DNA of 64,000 nucleotides from Microcoleus sp. (GCA_052279835.1 CP181291.1:2208001-2272000), one strand, 5' to 3'. Counted from the stretch's first letter, positions 9,500 to 20,309 are shown. Made by a program: numbers and translations. Notes: generated by a model from the letters alone, not told the origin.

Positions 9500-10399
9500 T
9501 TAATATACAGTTTGTTTTGTCACCTCTACATAGATATGTTCTAACCGCACCGGATACCGCGCGATTGAATCAATGGAAATCCCATCAAACCGCAAAATAA
9601 TCTCTTTTAATTCTAAAGCTTCCGGTAGCCAAAAAGCCAAATCGCTACCGTAACGCCGGGGAATGAAATTGTATTTTTCGGCCCTGGCGATGACTTCAGC
9701 TTCTTGTTGAGTTTTGACAACAATAATTTCTCTAGCTGGAATCAGTTTTTGCAACTCTTCCAAGCTACCTTCGGCGACAATACTCCCACTCTTTAAAATC
9801 CCGATTTTTTGACACAGACGTTCCGCTTCATCCAACAAGTGGGTTGTCAGCAAAATCGTAATTCCCTGGGATTGCAATTGCTGAATTAAATCCCAAATTT
9901 CATAGCGGGCTTCAATATCCAAACCTGTTGTCGGTTCATCCAAAATTACTAATTTTGGTTGGTGCACCAAAGCCACCGCAATATTCAATCGGCGCTGCAT
10001 TCCCCCACTCAAAGTTTCTACAGGACTTTTGGCTCTATCTATTAAGTTTACTGCTTTTAAACATTTTTCTACTTGAGAAGAACGCTGTTGGCGACTCATC
10101 CCATAAATTTGAGCAAAAAAGTTGAGGTTTTCTTCGCAACTCAGGCTTTTGTATAGCAAATTCTCTTGGGGGGCGACACCGATTAAGGTTTTTGTTGAGT
10201 CAGAAACTGGTTCGCCATTGAGGATGATTTGGCCGCTGTCTGCATTCAGCAAGTTGCATAAAATATTGATAGTGGTGGTTTTTCCGGCTCCGTTTTGTCC
10301 GAGCAAACCGTAGATTTCTCCGGCTTGTATGTGCAGTGTCAAATCTCGCAGCACTGAGCGTTCGCCGTAGGATTTGTTGAGTTTTTTGATTTGCAGCAC
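9500..10399 (-). CDS. ABC transporter ATP-binding protein (ABC-2 exporter)
   Basis: GQNGAGKTT, LSGGMQRR, ILDEPTTGLD, TTH. Confidence 0.92.
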   Translation of the reverse strand: MLQIKKLNKSYGERSVLRDLTLHIQAGEIYGLLGQNGAGKTTTINILCNLLNADSGQIILNGEPVSDSTKTLIGVAPQENLLYKSLSCEENLNFFAQIYGMSRQQRSSQVEKCLKAVNLIDRAKSPVETLSGGMQRRLNIAVALVHQPKLVILDEPTTGLDIEARYEIWDLIQQLQSQGITILLTTHLLDEAERLCQKIGILKSGSIVAEGSLEELQKLIPAREIIVVKTQQEAEVIARAEKYNFIPRRYGSDLAFWLPEALELKEIILRFDGISIDSIARYPVRLEHIYVEVTKQTVY

Positions 10400-10464
10400 T
10401 GCTTGAGTTCTCCGTAGTTTTTTGTATAATATTGGTTGGATGGTTGACGATTTTTGGGATTTTT

Positions 10465-10635
10465 TTTTACCGCAGAGGGCGCAGAGGGCGCAGAGGGGGA
10501 GAAGAGTGAGGTGGTTCTATAGTCTTTTTTCTACTGTTAGCATTCTGGGGTAAGTATGGGTTGGATAGTTTATGTTTTTTTTGGTTTTTTTTAACCGCAG
10601 AGAGCGCAGAGGGCGCAGAGGGGGAGAAGAGTTAA
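10465..10635. repeat. Two copies of the accgcagag(g/a)gcgcagagggcgcagag repeat
   Basis: Direct copies at ~10469-10507 and ~10594-10632. Related reverse copies at ~55055-55185. Confidence 0.7.
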
Positions 10636-10641
10636 GTGGTT

Positions 10642-11415
10642 CTATAGTCTTCTTTCTACTCTTAGCATTCTGCGGTAAGAAAGCCATCCTCCTGCTATCA
10701 TGGCTATAGAGAATATGAGTAAAAACCAGAAGTGTTCGGAAATATCATCTATATTTTTGCCGTTGGCCCAAACTTGCATTAGTGCTTCGTTCATGTGGTA
10801 AATTGGGTTGTATTTGGCAAGTTCTAGCAGGCTTTTGGGAAACAGTGATGTGGGTAAAAATGCTCCTCCTAAAATCAATAATGGGACTCCGAAAGCTGCG
10901 ACTAGGGAGTTGACATCTTCGGTGCGTCTGGCGAATTGGGTTCCGAGAATGAAGCCGACACCGACATAAGATATAATACTCAAAAGAATAATCGCACTTC
11001 CTAATAAGAGAGAGCCTTGAAATTGTGCTCCTAAACAAGAGGCGATGGTATATACTAGAATTACTTGACCGATGCCGATCGCACTGTGAGCTAGAAAAAT
11101 TCCTAAAAAGTAGGAAGTGCCGCTCAGCGGGGAAATAAATAATCGTTTGAGTGTATGTTGTTCTCGCTCTGCTACGACTGTGGCGACGCTTCCGCCGAGA
11201 CAGCTAAAAAATAAGGCCGCCCCGACTAAGCTTGCAGGGGCTGCACTTTCAAAGGCTTTTGCTGTTGTTAGGTTGGCGCGTTCTTGTAAAATCGCGCCGT
11301 TAATTAGTAAAATCGAAACTGGGAAGATACTCCACAGGATTAAGCTGCGTTTTCGCCGTAACAGTTCAATTAAAATCCGCTGGGCTACAGCTAGGGTTTC
11401 GTACCAGTATTTCAT
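10642..11415 (-). CDS. ABC-2 type transporter permease
   Basis: Six hydrophobic segments, EREQHTLKRL and NPIYH motifs. Start moved to MKYWYE (11415). Confidence 0.85.
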   Translation of the reverse strand: MKYWYETLAVAQRILIELLRRKRSLILWSIFPVSILLINGAILQERANLTTAKAFESAAPASLVGAALFFSCLGGSVATVVAEREQHTLKRLFISPLSGTSYFLGIFLAHSAIGIGQVILVYTIASCLGAQFQGSLLLGSAIILLSIISYVGVGFILGTQFARRTEDVNSLVAAFGVPLLILGGAFLPTSLFPKSLLELAKYNPIYHMNEALMQVWANGKNIDDISEHFWFLLIFSIAMIAGGWLSYRRMLRVERRL

Positions 11416-11633
11416 ATTAATTAAGATTATACTCACATCTTGGATCGTTCTCCCGAACAGGCTTTTGGGCTTGTTCCACAAAGAGTTAATTTGATTTATA
11501 CCACGGCAGATTATATCATAAAAAATTTAATTAATTTAATTATTAATCAAAAAAAACCACCAGGGCGGGTTTTGGGATTTTCTGGCGATGCTTTTAATCT
11601 GTCTATGTCTGTGTCTGGGGATACTTTTAACTT

Positions 11634-12710
11634 TTATTTAATCATAAAACTCGTACCTCTATAACATCCTTGAAAAGAAGTTAAATTTGTTTGACTTATT
11701 TGTTCTAATTTGGTGACGATTGAGGGGCTATTGCTACTCTCGGTAGTGGATTCCCACTGGTACATGAAGTCACCTTCGCTGAGGCTTTTTCCATTTCCTT
11801 TGTAGCTATATTCTTCGATGGGAATTCCGCTAACTCCAGTAATGGTTTGCTTTTCGTATCCGTTGAGAATGATTTTTTCGATGACAGCGCCTGGTTCTAT
11901 GGTGAGTTTCCAGTTAATTGGTTCGTAGGCTGAAAGTGCGAGAATTATTGGTTTGTTTTTGCGTTGTACTTTGACTTCAATGGCATTTTTGGAGGAATTT
12001 CCATTGTCTTGGGGGGAGGTAGCTTCGTAAGCGGCTATTAAGTGTAGTTCTTTGTTTCCGGTTACGGCACCGACATGGGATGAAAATTTGTAGGAATTGC
12101 CAAGATAGCAGTTGGCTTCAAAGTTTACTGGGGAAGTTGGAGCGTTTTTTTGGGCTAGTTTCTGCTGGGCTGTTGGTACTACCCACATTCCTGTGCCTAC
12201 GGCTAAAGCACCGATTAAAGTTGCTACAATACTGACGGGAATTAGATTTATGAGGTGGCGAAATTGGTCGGATTTTGTGGTTTTAGCTAGCTGTTGTTGC
12301 CATGTTTCGCCAAATTTGCGTGAAGCGAAGCTATCCCGCAGGGAATCGCCTTTGGTGTTACGATCGAGACAAGTCAACAATGCTAAACTTTCGGGCTGTT
12401 CTAGTAAATTTTGAATTTCTGTCCCTTGGCCAATGTAGAGGTTTCTACTGGTTCTGTCTAACAGCAGCGAATGGCGATCGCCCTTACCTAGGTTATAATC
12501 TTCTAGGACAGGCTGCACTAAGTCGTGTTGCAAAAATACCAGCCAAGCCAGATTGTTCCCCGTGGAGACTATTTTGCCATCGCTGCAAATAAGTTGGTCG
12601 ATTTCTGGTTCCCACCGCCAAGCTACCCAGCGGGCATCTCCGCGATAGCCGAGGGATTTTTCTAGTTGCGGATGGGCGGTGATTTCTAAGCGTTGAACTA
12701 AGTTTGACAT
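11634..12710 (-). CDS. Hypothetical single-pass membrane protein
   Basis: 358-aa ORF with a central TM (IPVSIVATLIGALAVGTGMWVV) and a beta-rich C-terminal domain. Confidence 0.7.
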   Translation of the reverse strand: MSNLVQRLEITAHPQLEKSLGYRGDARWVAWRWEPEIDQLICSDGKIVSTGNNLAWLVFLQHDLVQPVLEDYNLGKGDRHSLLLDRTSRNLYIGQGTEIQNLLEQPESLALLTCLDRNTKGDSLRDSFASRKFGETWQQQLAKTTKSDQFRHLINLIPVSIVATLIGALAVGTGMWVVPTAQQKLAQKNAPTSPVNFEANCYLGNSYKFSSHVGAVTGNKELHLIAAYEATSPQDNGNSSKNAIEVKVQRKNKPIILALSAYEPINWKLTIEPGAVIEKIILNGYEKQTITGVSGIPIEEYSYKGNGKSLSEGDFMYQWESTTESSNSPSIVTKLEQISQTNLTSFQGCYRGTSFMIK

Positions 12711-12769
12711 GAGATGTCCTCAAGTGCGATCGCCACTTTCATCTCCTAGTTTAACTTAATTAGGACAAA

Positions 12770-13561
12770 TCAAAAACTACCAGTGCCGTTGCCACTGCCA
12801 CCGTTAGGAGACACATTGTTATTGGGAGTCGTGTAGGGCCCACTTCCGGGATTGAGATTATTGGGATTAGTATTGCCAGAAGTTCCAGGATTGAGATTAT
12901 TCGGATTGGTGTTGCCAGAAGTTCCGGGATTGAGATTATTGGGATTAGTGTTGGGATTATTGGGATTATTGAGATTATTGGGATTAGTGTTGCCAGAAGT
13001 TCCGGGATTGAGATTATTGGGATTAGTATTGCCAGAAGTTCCGGGATTGAGATTATTGGGATTAGTATTGCCAGAAGTTCCGGGATTGAGATTATTGGGA
13101 TTAGTGTTGGGATTACTGGGATTATTGAGATTATTGGGATTAGTGTTGGGATTACTGGGATTATTGAGATTATTGGGATTAGTGTTGGGATTATTGGGAT
13201 TATTGAGATTATTGGGATTATTGGGATTTGTACCCGCAGGAGTAGTTATGGGAGTGCCGGCTGCGTCTCTGGTAATACCATTGGGGTTGGGATTGGGTGC
13301 ATTGGCTGCGTTGGGGTTAGCAGTAGTGGTATTACGGTTATTTGTCGCTGCCGGAGTAGTATTTTTCCCACACAAACTGACTAAATCAAAAGTTGTGCCA
13401 CTTGAGGTTTCGATGTAGCAAACTGGTACGTTTACCTGGGGGTTCGAGGTAGTCGGAAAGTCCGTTGTTCTGGGCATGGGAAGGCTGAAAGCGACTTCTG
13501 CCAGCATCAGTGGAGTGAAGGCAGCGGATAGACCTACTATTGTCGGCAACAATCTCATCAT
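12770..13561 (-). CDS. Secreted Asn/Pro-rich repeat protein
   Basis: Signal-peptide-like N-terminus, a CYIETSSG...DLVSLCG two-Cys motif, then about nine 13-aa NTNPNNLN(PGTSG/NPNNP) repeats. Confidence 0.75.
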   Translation of the reverse strand: MMRLLPTIVGLSAAFTPLMLAEVAFSLPMPRTTDFPTTSNPQVNVPVCYIETSSGTTFDLVSLCGKNTTPAATNNRNTTTANPNAANAPNPNPNGITRDAAGTPITTPAGTNPNNPNNLNNPNNPNTNPNNLNNPSNPNTNPNNLNNPSNPNTNPNNLNPGTSGNTNPNNLNPGTSGNTNPNNLNPGTSGNTNPNNLNNPNNPNTNPNNLNPGTSGNTNPNNLNPGTSGNTNPNNLNPGSGPYTTPNNNVSPNGGSGNGTGSF

Positions 13562-13670
13562 TTTTACCTCAAATATTCAAGTGTGTTTGCTCTAGTATTG
13601 CCCAGAAACTAGAAATTGTCCTCTTCCTAAAAAGGGAGTCATATCGATTCCCGTTGCATCGAAATGATTA

Positions 13671-13778
13671 AACCGCGAAGACACGAAGAGGACGAAGGAA
13701 GAACTGCATCTTCTTCTTTCCCCCCTTGGGGGGGGCAGGGGGGGGTTCTTCCTTCGCGTTCTTCGCGCCTTCGCGGTT
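13671..13778. repeat. Composite inverted repeat
   Basis: Arms aaccgcgaag...gaagga and tccttc...cttcgcggtt enclose a ccccccttggggggggcagggggg core. Confidence 0.7.
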
Positions 13779-13807
13779 CCTTTAATCTTACTCTTCTTTA
13801 GACAGTT

Positions 13808-14833
13808 TTAGTAACGAATTCGCGGGTCAATGTAGGCATTCAAAATATCAATGACAATACTAGCAACTACGACTATTCCCGCAAAAAATACCACAATTCC
13901 TTGTACAGTTGGATAATCCCGCAAACTAATCGCCTCATAAAGTCGATTTGCCAACCCAGGCCAAGAAAAAGTCACTTCTGTTAAAATCGCACCACCCAAC
14001 AGTGCAGCAAAAGTTAAGCCCAAAACTGTAATTACTGGAATCAGAGCATTTTTGAGAGCGTGACTCCATAAAATCTGCAATTCGGGAATGCCTCTAGCTC
14101 TAGCTGCTTCTACATAATCTGCTTGTAAGGTTTGCTTGAGATTCACTCTGACAATGCGCTCGAAAATGCCACTCAAAAGAATGCCCAAGGTCAAACTTGG
14201 CAGTGCTAAATAATGCAAAGATATCAGAAATTGACCCAAGTTAGCACTCAACAGACTATCTATGGTGTAAAGTCCGGTGTAACCTTCTGGCGCTGTTAAT
14301 GTCACCGGAAAACGAGTTCCCAAGGGAAACCAACCTAACTGTACCGAGAAAATTAATTGCAATACCATGCCGGCCCAAAAGGCGGGTAGGGAGTAAGTGA
14401 TGATGCCAAATAAACGGCCTGCGACATCGAAAATAGTGTTGGGGCGGGATGCTGCTAAGGAACCGATACTGATGCCGATTATTAAGGCTACGGCCATGCT
14501 GCAAACTGCTAATTCCACTGTGGCGGGGAAATTGTCTGTGATAATTTGCCACACGGTTTGTCCGCGAGTGGTGATGGATGTTCCCAAATTTAAGCTGAAC
14601 AAGTCTTTAATATATTTGAGATATTGTTGCCATAGGGGTGCGTCGAGACCTAGTTGGGTTCGCATTGCTGCTTTGGCTGCGGCGGGTGCTCGCGAGCCGA
14701 GAATGGCATCGATGGGGTCTCCTGGAGTGGCTCGCAGCAGCAAAAACACGGCTGTGGTGATGGTCCACAACATCAGCGGTGCTAGGAGCAAGCGGACAAA
14801 AATGTAAGATTGTAGGGCTTTGGAGCGAGACAT
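13808..14833 (-). CDS. Peptide/nickel ABC transporter permease (DppB/OppB family)
   Basis: PGDP, DYVEAARARG (EAA loop), HALKNALIP, TFSWPGL, DPRIRY. Confidence 0.92.
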   Translation of the reverse strand: MSRSKALQSYIFVRLLLAPLMLWTITTAVFLLLRATPGDPIDAILGSRAPAAAKAAMRTQLGLDAPLWQQYLKYIKDLFSLNLGTSITTRGQTVWQIITDNFPATVELAVCSMAVALIIGISIGSLAASRPNTIFDVAGRLFGIITYSLPAFWAGMVLQLIFSVQLGWFPLGTRFPVTLTAPEGYTGLYTIDSLLSANLGQFLISLHYLALPSLTLGILLSGIFERIVRVNLKQTLQADYVEAARARGIPELQILWSHALKNALIPVITVLGLTFAALLGGAILTEVTFSWPGLANRLYEAISLRDYPTVQGIVVFFAGIVVVASIVIDILNAYIDPRIRY

Positions 14834-14918
14834 AGGATTGGGGAATGGGAAATTGGCAAGACATTGTTGAGTTGATTTTAGCTATTGTCGATCGCCTTTT
14901 TACCAATTTCCCATTTTC

Positions 14919-15263
14919 CTATTGACTTAGCAACGATTCAAATGCAGCTTGCAAGGATTTGATATCGCCCACTCTGGCGACTAACAAGTTTTCGCTACCT
15001 GCATCCTGCAATCGGCATTTCCAATAATTGATGCTTTCGGAGTTGTTCATCCAGAAGCTAATCACGCTGTCTACGACTCTATCGACATCCCAGCCTCGGT
15101 GGGGGGAAACGGTTTCTACTGATGCGACAAAGGAATCTAGGGTACACTTGCGATTTCCCAAGTATTCTACACCGGCAGAATGCTGCTGTTGTAATAATTC
15201 TTGCTGTTGGTTGAAAAAAAATAAAGTTGGAGATACACCCAGGATTTCAAATGTATAGTTCAT
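14919..15263 (-). CDS. Conserved cyanobacterial hypothetical protein
   Basis: 114-aa ORF preceded by AGGAGG. Confidence 0.7.
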   Translation of the reverse strand: MNYTFEILGVSPTLFFFNQQQELLQQQHSAGVEYLGNRKCTLDSFVASVETVSPHRGWDVDRVVDSVISFWMNNSESINYWKCRLQDAGSENLLVARVGDIKSLQAAFESLLSQ

Positions 15264-15396
15264 ACCATCCTCCTAAAGTATTGTTTGACAAAAATGTCGA
15301 TCGCACAAAATGCTGATTTTTTGGTTTGGCTATCGGCTATTTCCGGTAGATGCTTAAAGAGTTACCGATTATTGGGTGTTTTTTTGCCAATCTATG

Positions 15397-15467
15397 AGAC
15401 ATTTCCTACAAGGACAGTCAAGAACAGGCAGGCGGTGCTTGTTCTAGAATAATTATGGCAGAGGTCT
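15397..15467. repeat. ~71-bp MITE-like dispersed repeat with AGACAT...AGATGTCT-type ends
   Basis: Aligns with the reverse complement of 33448-33518, and more loosely with 27803-27872 and 28925-29020. Confidence 0.7.
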
Positions 15468-15794
15468 ATTTTAGAAATAGCAAACTTCCTCGCAAAAGAT
15501 TGTTAAATTACTTACATTTTCCCCCGGAACTCAAATTAATTAACAATCACAGAGCAGGCGTAAGTAAACGCACCTAAAAAAAACCCAGAGTCAGATACCG
15601 GAGTTCTGGAAGAATTGCTGTATCTAAGAGCGGTCGGATTGTAAGTTTAATGACAAGCAGCTACAGATTGTTGGAGGAACCGATTTGCTAAAATTTCTTC
15701 CCGGCAGTCGAGAAAAGGTCAAGATTAGTGGTAGCTTAAGTCTAGGGAATATACAAAATAAGCAAAATACGCAACTTCGGGATCTGCCAAAATA

Positions 15795-18700
15795 TTGATG
15801 TTATTGAAAACCCTGAGTTCTAGCCTGATGAAAAGCCCGCCGAAAATGTCACTGAGTCTTGTATTGTTGATACCGCTGGTGCTGCAAATGTCTGTAGCGG
15901 TAGGTGTGACTGGATGGCTGTCTTTTCGCAACGGTCAGAAATCTGTCAATGACCTGGCTACTAGGTTAAGCTTGGAAGTAGCAGCCCGGACTAGAGAAAA
16001 TTTCCGCAGTTTTGGGGATGCAGCTTACCTGTTTCTGGAAATTAATGCTAGCGCGATCGCCTCTGGAAACTTAGATCCCGACAACTTCCCTAACTTAGAG
16101 CGCTATTTTTGGAACCAGACTAAAATTAGCGATCGCGCTAGAACCATTTACTACGGCGACGAAAGTGGTAGATTTCTCTTGGTCAAGAGAGGACCAGAAA
16201 ATTTTACCTATATTAAAGATAAATCAACGGGGGGCGATCGCCAAATTTATCGTCTAGACAGCCAGGGAAATCGCACTCAGTTAGTCGAAACCGTAACCTA
16301 TGAGGCCCGTACAAGACCTTGGTACACAAATGCCAAACAGTCAAAAAAACCCACATGGTCTCCCATCTACGTGTTTGCGGCCCCGCCAGTATTAGGCATT
16401 ACGCCCGCAGTCCCCATCTACACCAAAACGGGAAACCTGCGGGGGGTACTAGCAGTTGATGTGACTCTTTCTCAAATCAGCGATTTTCTCAAAAGTATCA
16501 AAATCAGTAAGTCGGGACAGGTGTTTGCGATCGAACGTAGTGGCGAAATAGTCGCTAGTTCCACAGATGAGTTACCCTTTGTCAGCACCAAAGACGGACA
16601 AAAACGGCTGTTGGCAACGGAAAGTAAAAATTTACTCATGCGATCGGCAGCCAAACAATTACAATCAATTTTTGGCAGTTTTGCAGAAATTCGCACCCAA
16701 GGACAATTCACATTTGATATGGATGGTTCGCGGCAATTCATTACGGTGGTTCCCCTGCAAGACGAACGCGGGCTGGATTTGCTGATTGTGGTTGCTATTC
16801 CAGAAGCCGACTTTATAGAGCAAATTAACACCAATATTCGCACAACTATTTTATTGTGCTGTTTTGCCTTCATTGTGGCGATCGTCTTAGGTATTTTCAC
16901 ATATCGCTGGGTAGCCGAACCCATTCGCCGATTGTTGAAAGCTTCCAAAGATTTAACAAAAATGTCCGAGTCAGCAGATTTTACCTCCTCGGAACTAGAA
17001 CGAGAAGTCGAAGTCAAAGGCGTTAACGAACTCGGACTTTTAGCTCAATCTTTCAATCAAATGGCAAGACAGTTGCGCTCTTCCTTTGCTACTTTAGAGG
17101 AAACCAATTCCCATTTAGAAAGCCGAGTAGCAGAACGAACTGCCGAACTCAAATCAGCAGAAGCAGAACTGCGAGCATTGTTGGCAGCGATGACCGAATT
17201 AATTGTAGTTGTGGATGCCAGCGGCCGCTACTTAAAAATTGTGCCTACCAATCTATCCCTACTTTACGCACCAGCTCAAGAATTAGTAGGCAAAACCATC
17301 GGCGAAATGTTCCCCCCAACCACAGCCGATCGCTTTCTTGACTGCATTCGCTCGGCTTTAGATACTAAACAAACTGTCAGTATTGAATACACTTTAAACC
17401 TGCGCGGTCGAGAAGTTTGTTTGGCGGCGAGGATTTCTCCGCTTTCGGAAGAGTCTGTAATTTGGGTAGCCCGCGACGTTACGGAATACAAACGAGCCGA
17501 ATTAGCACAGCGACAAAGGCAAAAACAGTTGAGCAAGCAAAATACTGTTTTATTAGAACTAGCCAGAAATAAAGCCCTTTATCGGGGGAATTTAAAAGTA
17601 GCTTTGAAGGAAATCACTGAAGCAGCCGCTCATACCCTAGAAACAGAAAGAGCTGCTATTTGGATGTATGATGAAAGTAGATCGAAATTGCTCTGCTTTG
17701 ACCAATTTGAGCGCAGTAGTGGTAGGCATTTCGCCGGGGAAGAAATTTTAGCAGCCGATTATCCGGCTTATTTTCAAGCTTTGGAAGAAGACCGAACGAT
17801 TGCGGCAGACGATGCTCTTTCAGATACCAGAACTAGAGAATTTGTCGCATCTTATTTTGTAGAAACAGGCGCTACTTCCACTTTAGACGCACCGATTAGA
17901 CTCGGCGGACAAACTGTAGGAGTAATCTCTCTAGAACAGGTGGAAACTTTTCGTAACTGGACGGTGGAAGCACAAAATTTCTCGGCTTCCTTGGCAGATT
18001 TAGTGTCCTTGGCTATGGAAGCTAGCGAGCGCGAACGCACACAAATAGCTCTACGTCAAGCAGAACAAAAATATCGTAGCATCTTTGAAAATGCTGTGGA
18101 GGGGATTTTTCAAACAACTCCAGAAGGGCGTTTTTTGAGTGTGAATCCGGCTTTTGCTAAAATCTACGGCTATTCGTCCCCAGAGGAACTGACATCGAAT
18201 TTGACAGATATTCGACAGCAAGTTTATGTCGATCCCAAACGCCGGGATAAGTTGGTGCAGGCGATCGATCTATGCGGCGAAGTTTCGGGATTTGAGTCTC
18301 AGGTTTACCGCGCTGATGGCAGTATAATTTGGATTTCCGAAAGTGCCCGTGCGGTTTACGATGCCGACGGTGTACCACTTTACTATGAAGGTAGCATCGA
18401 GGATATTAGCGATCGCAAAGTCTTTGAAGCTGCCCTCCAAAGAGCTCTAGAAGCCGCCGAAGAGGCTTCCACCGCAAAAAGCGCATTTTTAGCAAACATG
18501 AGCCACGAACTGCGAACACCGCTGAATGCAATCATCGGCTACAGCGAAATTCTCCAAGAAGAAACCGAAGAATTAGGTTACGATGAACTCCTCCCAGATT
18601 TGGAAAGAATTCGCAATTCTGGCAGACACTTGCTATCTTTAATTAATGATATTCTCGATATTTCTAAGATAGAAGCTGGTCGCATGGATCTTTATTTAGA

Positions 18701-19250
18701 AACCTTCAATATCGCCGATTTAATTAAAGACGTAGCGTCTACCGCTTTGTCCCTAACTGAGAAAAATGGCAATACCCTAGACTTGAGCAAAATTACCAAT
18801 ATCGGCACTATGCACTCCGATATTACTAAAGTGCGACAAATACTATTAAATTTGCTGAGCAATGCTGCTAAATTCACTCATAACGGCACAATTACCCTCA
18901 CCGCAAATCGCGAAAATCAGGGGCAGGAAATCAGCCATGAGACACCAGAAAACTCTGATGAGTCTGACGATAATTCTCTCTCATCATTGGCAGCTAGAGA
19001 ATTTTTGGTGTTTAATTGTACTGATACCGGAATTGGCATGGACTCAGACCAATTGCAGCGAGTTTTTCAACCCTTTACCCAAGCAGATGCTTCTACTACG
19101 CGCAAGTATGGAGGCACGGGTTTGGGACTAGCAATCAGCCAGCGTTTTTGTCACATGATGGGTGGTAGTATTTCCTTGGAAAGTCAAGTGGGGGTTGGTT
19201 CTACTTTTACTATCCGCTTACCTATTAATATGAATATTAAGTCTTCCTAA
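15795..19250 (+). CDS. Membrane sensor histidine kinase (dCache-HAMP-PAS-GAF-PAS-HisKA-HATPase)
   Basis: Two TMs around a Cache domain (YEARTRPWY), HAMP (ELGLLAQSFNQM), FLANMSHELRTPL, NLLSNAAKFT, DTGIG, GGTGLGL. Confidence 0.92.
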   Translation: MMLLKTLSSSLMKSPPKMSLSLVLLIPLVLQMSVAVGVTGWLSFRNGQKSVNDLATRLSLEVAARTRENFRSFGDAAYLFLEINASAIASGNLDPDNFPNLERYFWNQTKISDRARTIYYGDESGRFLLVKRGPENFTYIKDKSTGGDRQIYRLDSQGNRTQLVETVTYEARTRPWYTNAKQSKKPTWSPIYVFAAPPVLGITPAVPIYTKTGNLRGVLAVDVTLSQISDFLKSIKISKSGQVFAIERSGEIVASSTDELPFVSTKDGQKRLLATESKNLLMRSAAKQLQSIFGSFAEIRTQGQFTFDMDGSRQFITVVPLQDERGLDLLIVVAIPEADFIEQINTNIRTTILLCCFAFIVAIVLGIFTYRWVAEPIRRLLKASKDLTKMSESADFTSSELEREVEVKGVNELGLLAQSFNQMARQLRSSFATLEETNSHLESRVAERTAELKSAEAELRALLAAMTELIVVVDASGRYLKIVPTNLSLLYAPAQELVGKTIGEMFPPTTADRFLDCIRSALDTKQTVSIEYTLNLRGREVCLAARISPLSEESVIWVARDVTEYKRAELAQRQRQKQLSKQNTVLLELARNKALYRGNLKVALKEITEAAAHTLETERAAIWMYDESRSKLLCFDQFERSSGRHFAGEEILAADYPAYFQALEEDRTIAADDALSDTRTREFVASYFVETGATSTLDAPIRLGGQTVGVISLEQVETFRNWTVEAQNFSASLADLVSLAMEASERERTQIALRQAEQKYRSIFENAVEGIFQTTPEGRFLSVNPAFAKIYGYSSPEELTSNLTDIRQQVYVDPKRRDKLVQAIDLCGEVSGFESQVYRADGSIIWISESARAVYDADGVPLYYEGSIEDISDRKVFEAALQRALEAAEEASTAKSAFLANMSHELRTPLNAIIGYSEILQEETEELGYDELLPDLERIRNSGRHLLSLINDILDISKIEAGRMDLYLETFNIADLIKDVASTALSLTEKNGNTLDLSKITNIGTMHSDITKVRQILLNLLSNAAKFTHNGTITLTANRENQGQEISHETPENSDESDDNSLSSLAAREFLVFNCTDTGIGMDSDQLQRVFQPFTQADASTTRKYGGTGLGLAISQRFCHMMGGSISLESQVGVGSTFTIRLPINMNIKSS

Positions 19251-19271
19251 GCATAATTTCAGGAGATAGTA

Positions 19272-19838
19272 TTGATGGTAGTTGCAGCCAAATCAAAAAT
19301 TTCTCTGGCAGAGTTTTTGCAGTTGCCAGAAACTAAGCCCGCCAGCGAATATACAGAGGGTCAAATTTATCAAAAACCTATGCCACAAGGAAAACATAGC
19401 CGATTGCAAAAACGATTGCTGGAGGCAATTTCTGAGGTTGGAGAACCCAAAAAGTTAGCCTGTGCATTTCCCGAATTGCGGTGTACGTTTGGAGGGCGAT
19501 CGATAGTTCCTGATATTGCTGTTTTTGAATGGTCTCGCATTCCCGTTGATGAAGATGGAGAAATTGCCAACCGCTTTGAAATTGCACCGGATTGGATAAT
19601 TGAAATTTTGTCACCAGACCAATCTCCGAATCAGGTGATTAAAAAAATACTTTTTTCGATTCAGCACGGCACTAAACTCGGTTGGTTCGCCGATCTGAGC
19701 GATAAATCAGTAATAGTTTTTCTGCCTAATCAAATGCCAAAATTTATATCAGGCACGGATATTTTACCTGTGCTTTGTGTGCTGGCAGATTTGCAATTAT
19801 CGGCAGCAGATTTATTTAATTGGCTGAAAATAAATTGA
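19272..19838 (+). CDS. Uma2 family (DUF820) PD-(D/E)xK protein
   Basis: FLQLPETKPASEY, PELRCTF, VPDIAVF, PDWIIEILSP. Confidence 0.92.
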   Translation: MMVVAAKSKISLAEFLQLPETKPASEYTEGQIYQKPMPQGKHSRLQKRLLEAISEVGEPKKLACAFPELRCTFGGRSIVPDIAVFEWSRIPVDEDGEIANRFEIAPDWIIEILSPDQSPNQVIKKILFSIQHGTKLGWFADLSDKSVIVFLPNQMPKFISGTDILPVLCVLADLQLSAADLFNWLKIN

Positions 19839-20273
19839 TTGAAAAGTATATTTTATGCCCATTTCAGCAATAGGCAAGATGCTGGTTCCACAAAGAGTGA
19901 ATTTGGTGGTAAAATGGGTATCTTGTTCTGGCTTAAGATTCGCAAGTGCTCTATTTGCAACCAAGATGAGAGAGACTATTTGCAAAACACCTGCAACTAT
20001 TTAATTTCGATCGCAGTCTGCGGATTTGTATCCGTTTTAATCAACTGGAATCTTTTAGGAATTAAACTGTAAGGATGGAATTACTTACTCTGCCCAAGCA
20101 ACCGGGTTTTTTACTAAAATACACGTTGTAGTGCATAGCGTCGCTCAAAAACCCAGTTTCTAACTACCCGCGCCATGGATATAATCCATCAAACAGGAAT
20201 CAATGCCCCGCAATGTGCCACTTAAAATGGTGGAATGCACACACCATCAATTTAGCAAAAATACCCAATAACA

Positions 20274-20309
20274 TAAAAAAAGAGCCCACCCTTCATCAAA
20301 GGTGGTCTC
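20274..20309 (-). terminator. Rho-independent terminator
   Basis: Minus strand gagaccacctttgatgaagggtgggctc hairpin followed by a T-run. Confidence 0.6.

Noticed and set aside
12852..13418. 188-aa Leu/Gly-rich ORF on + strand
   Set aside because: Antisense shadow of the Asn/Pro minisatellite gene.
17560..18030. Photosensory GAF in the 1151-aa kinase (and first GAF of the 1583-aa kinase)
   Set aside because: No bilin-binding Asp-motif with a correctly placed CH/CY.
19272..19838. Uma2 protein as a defence nuclease system
   Set aside because: Highly multicopy family in cyanobacteria, with no partner genes here.
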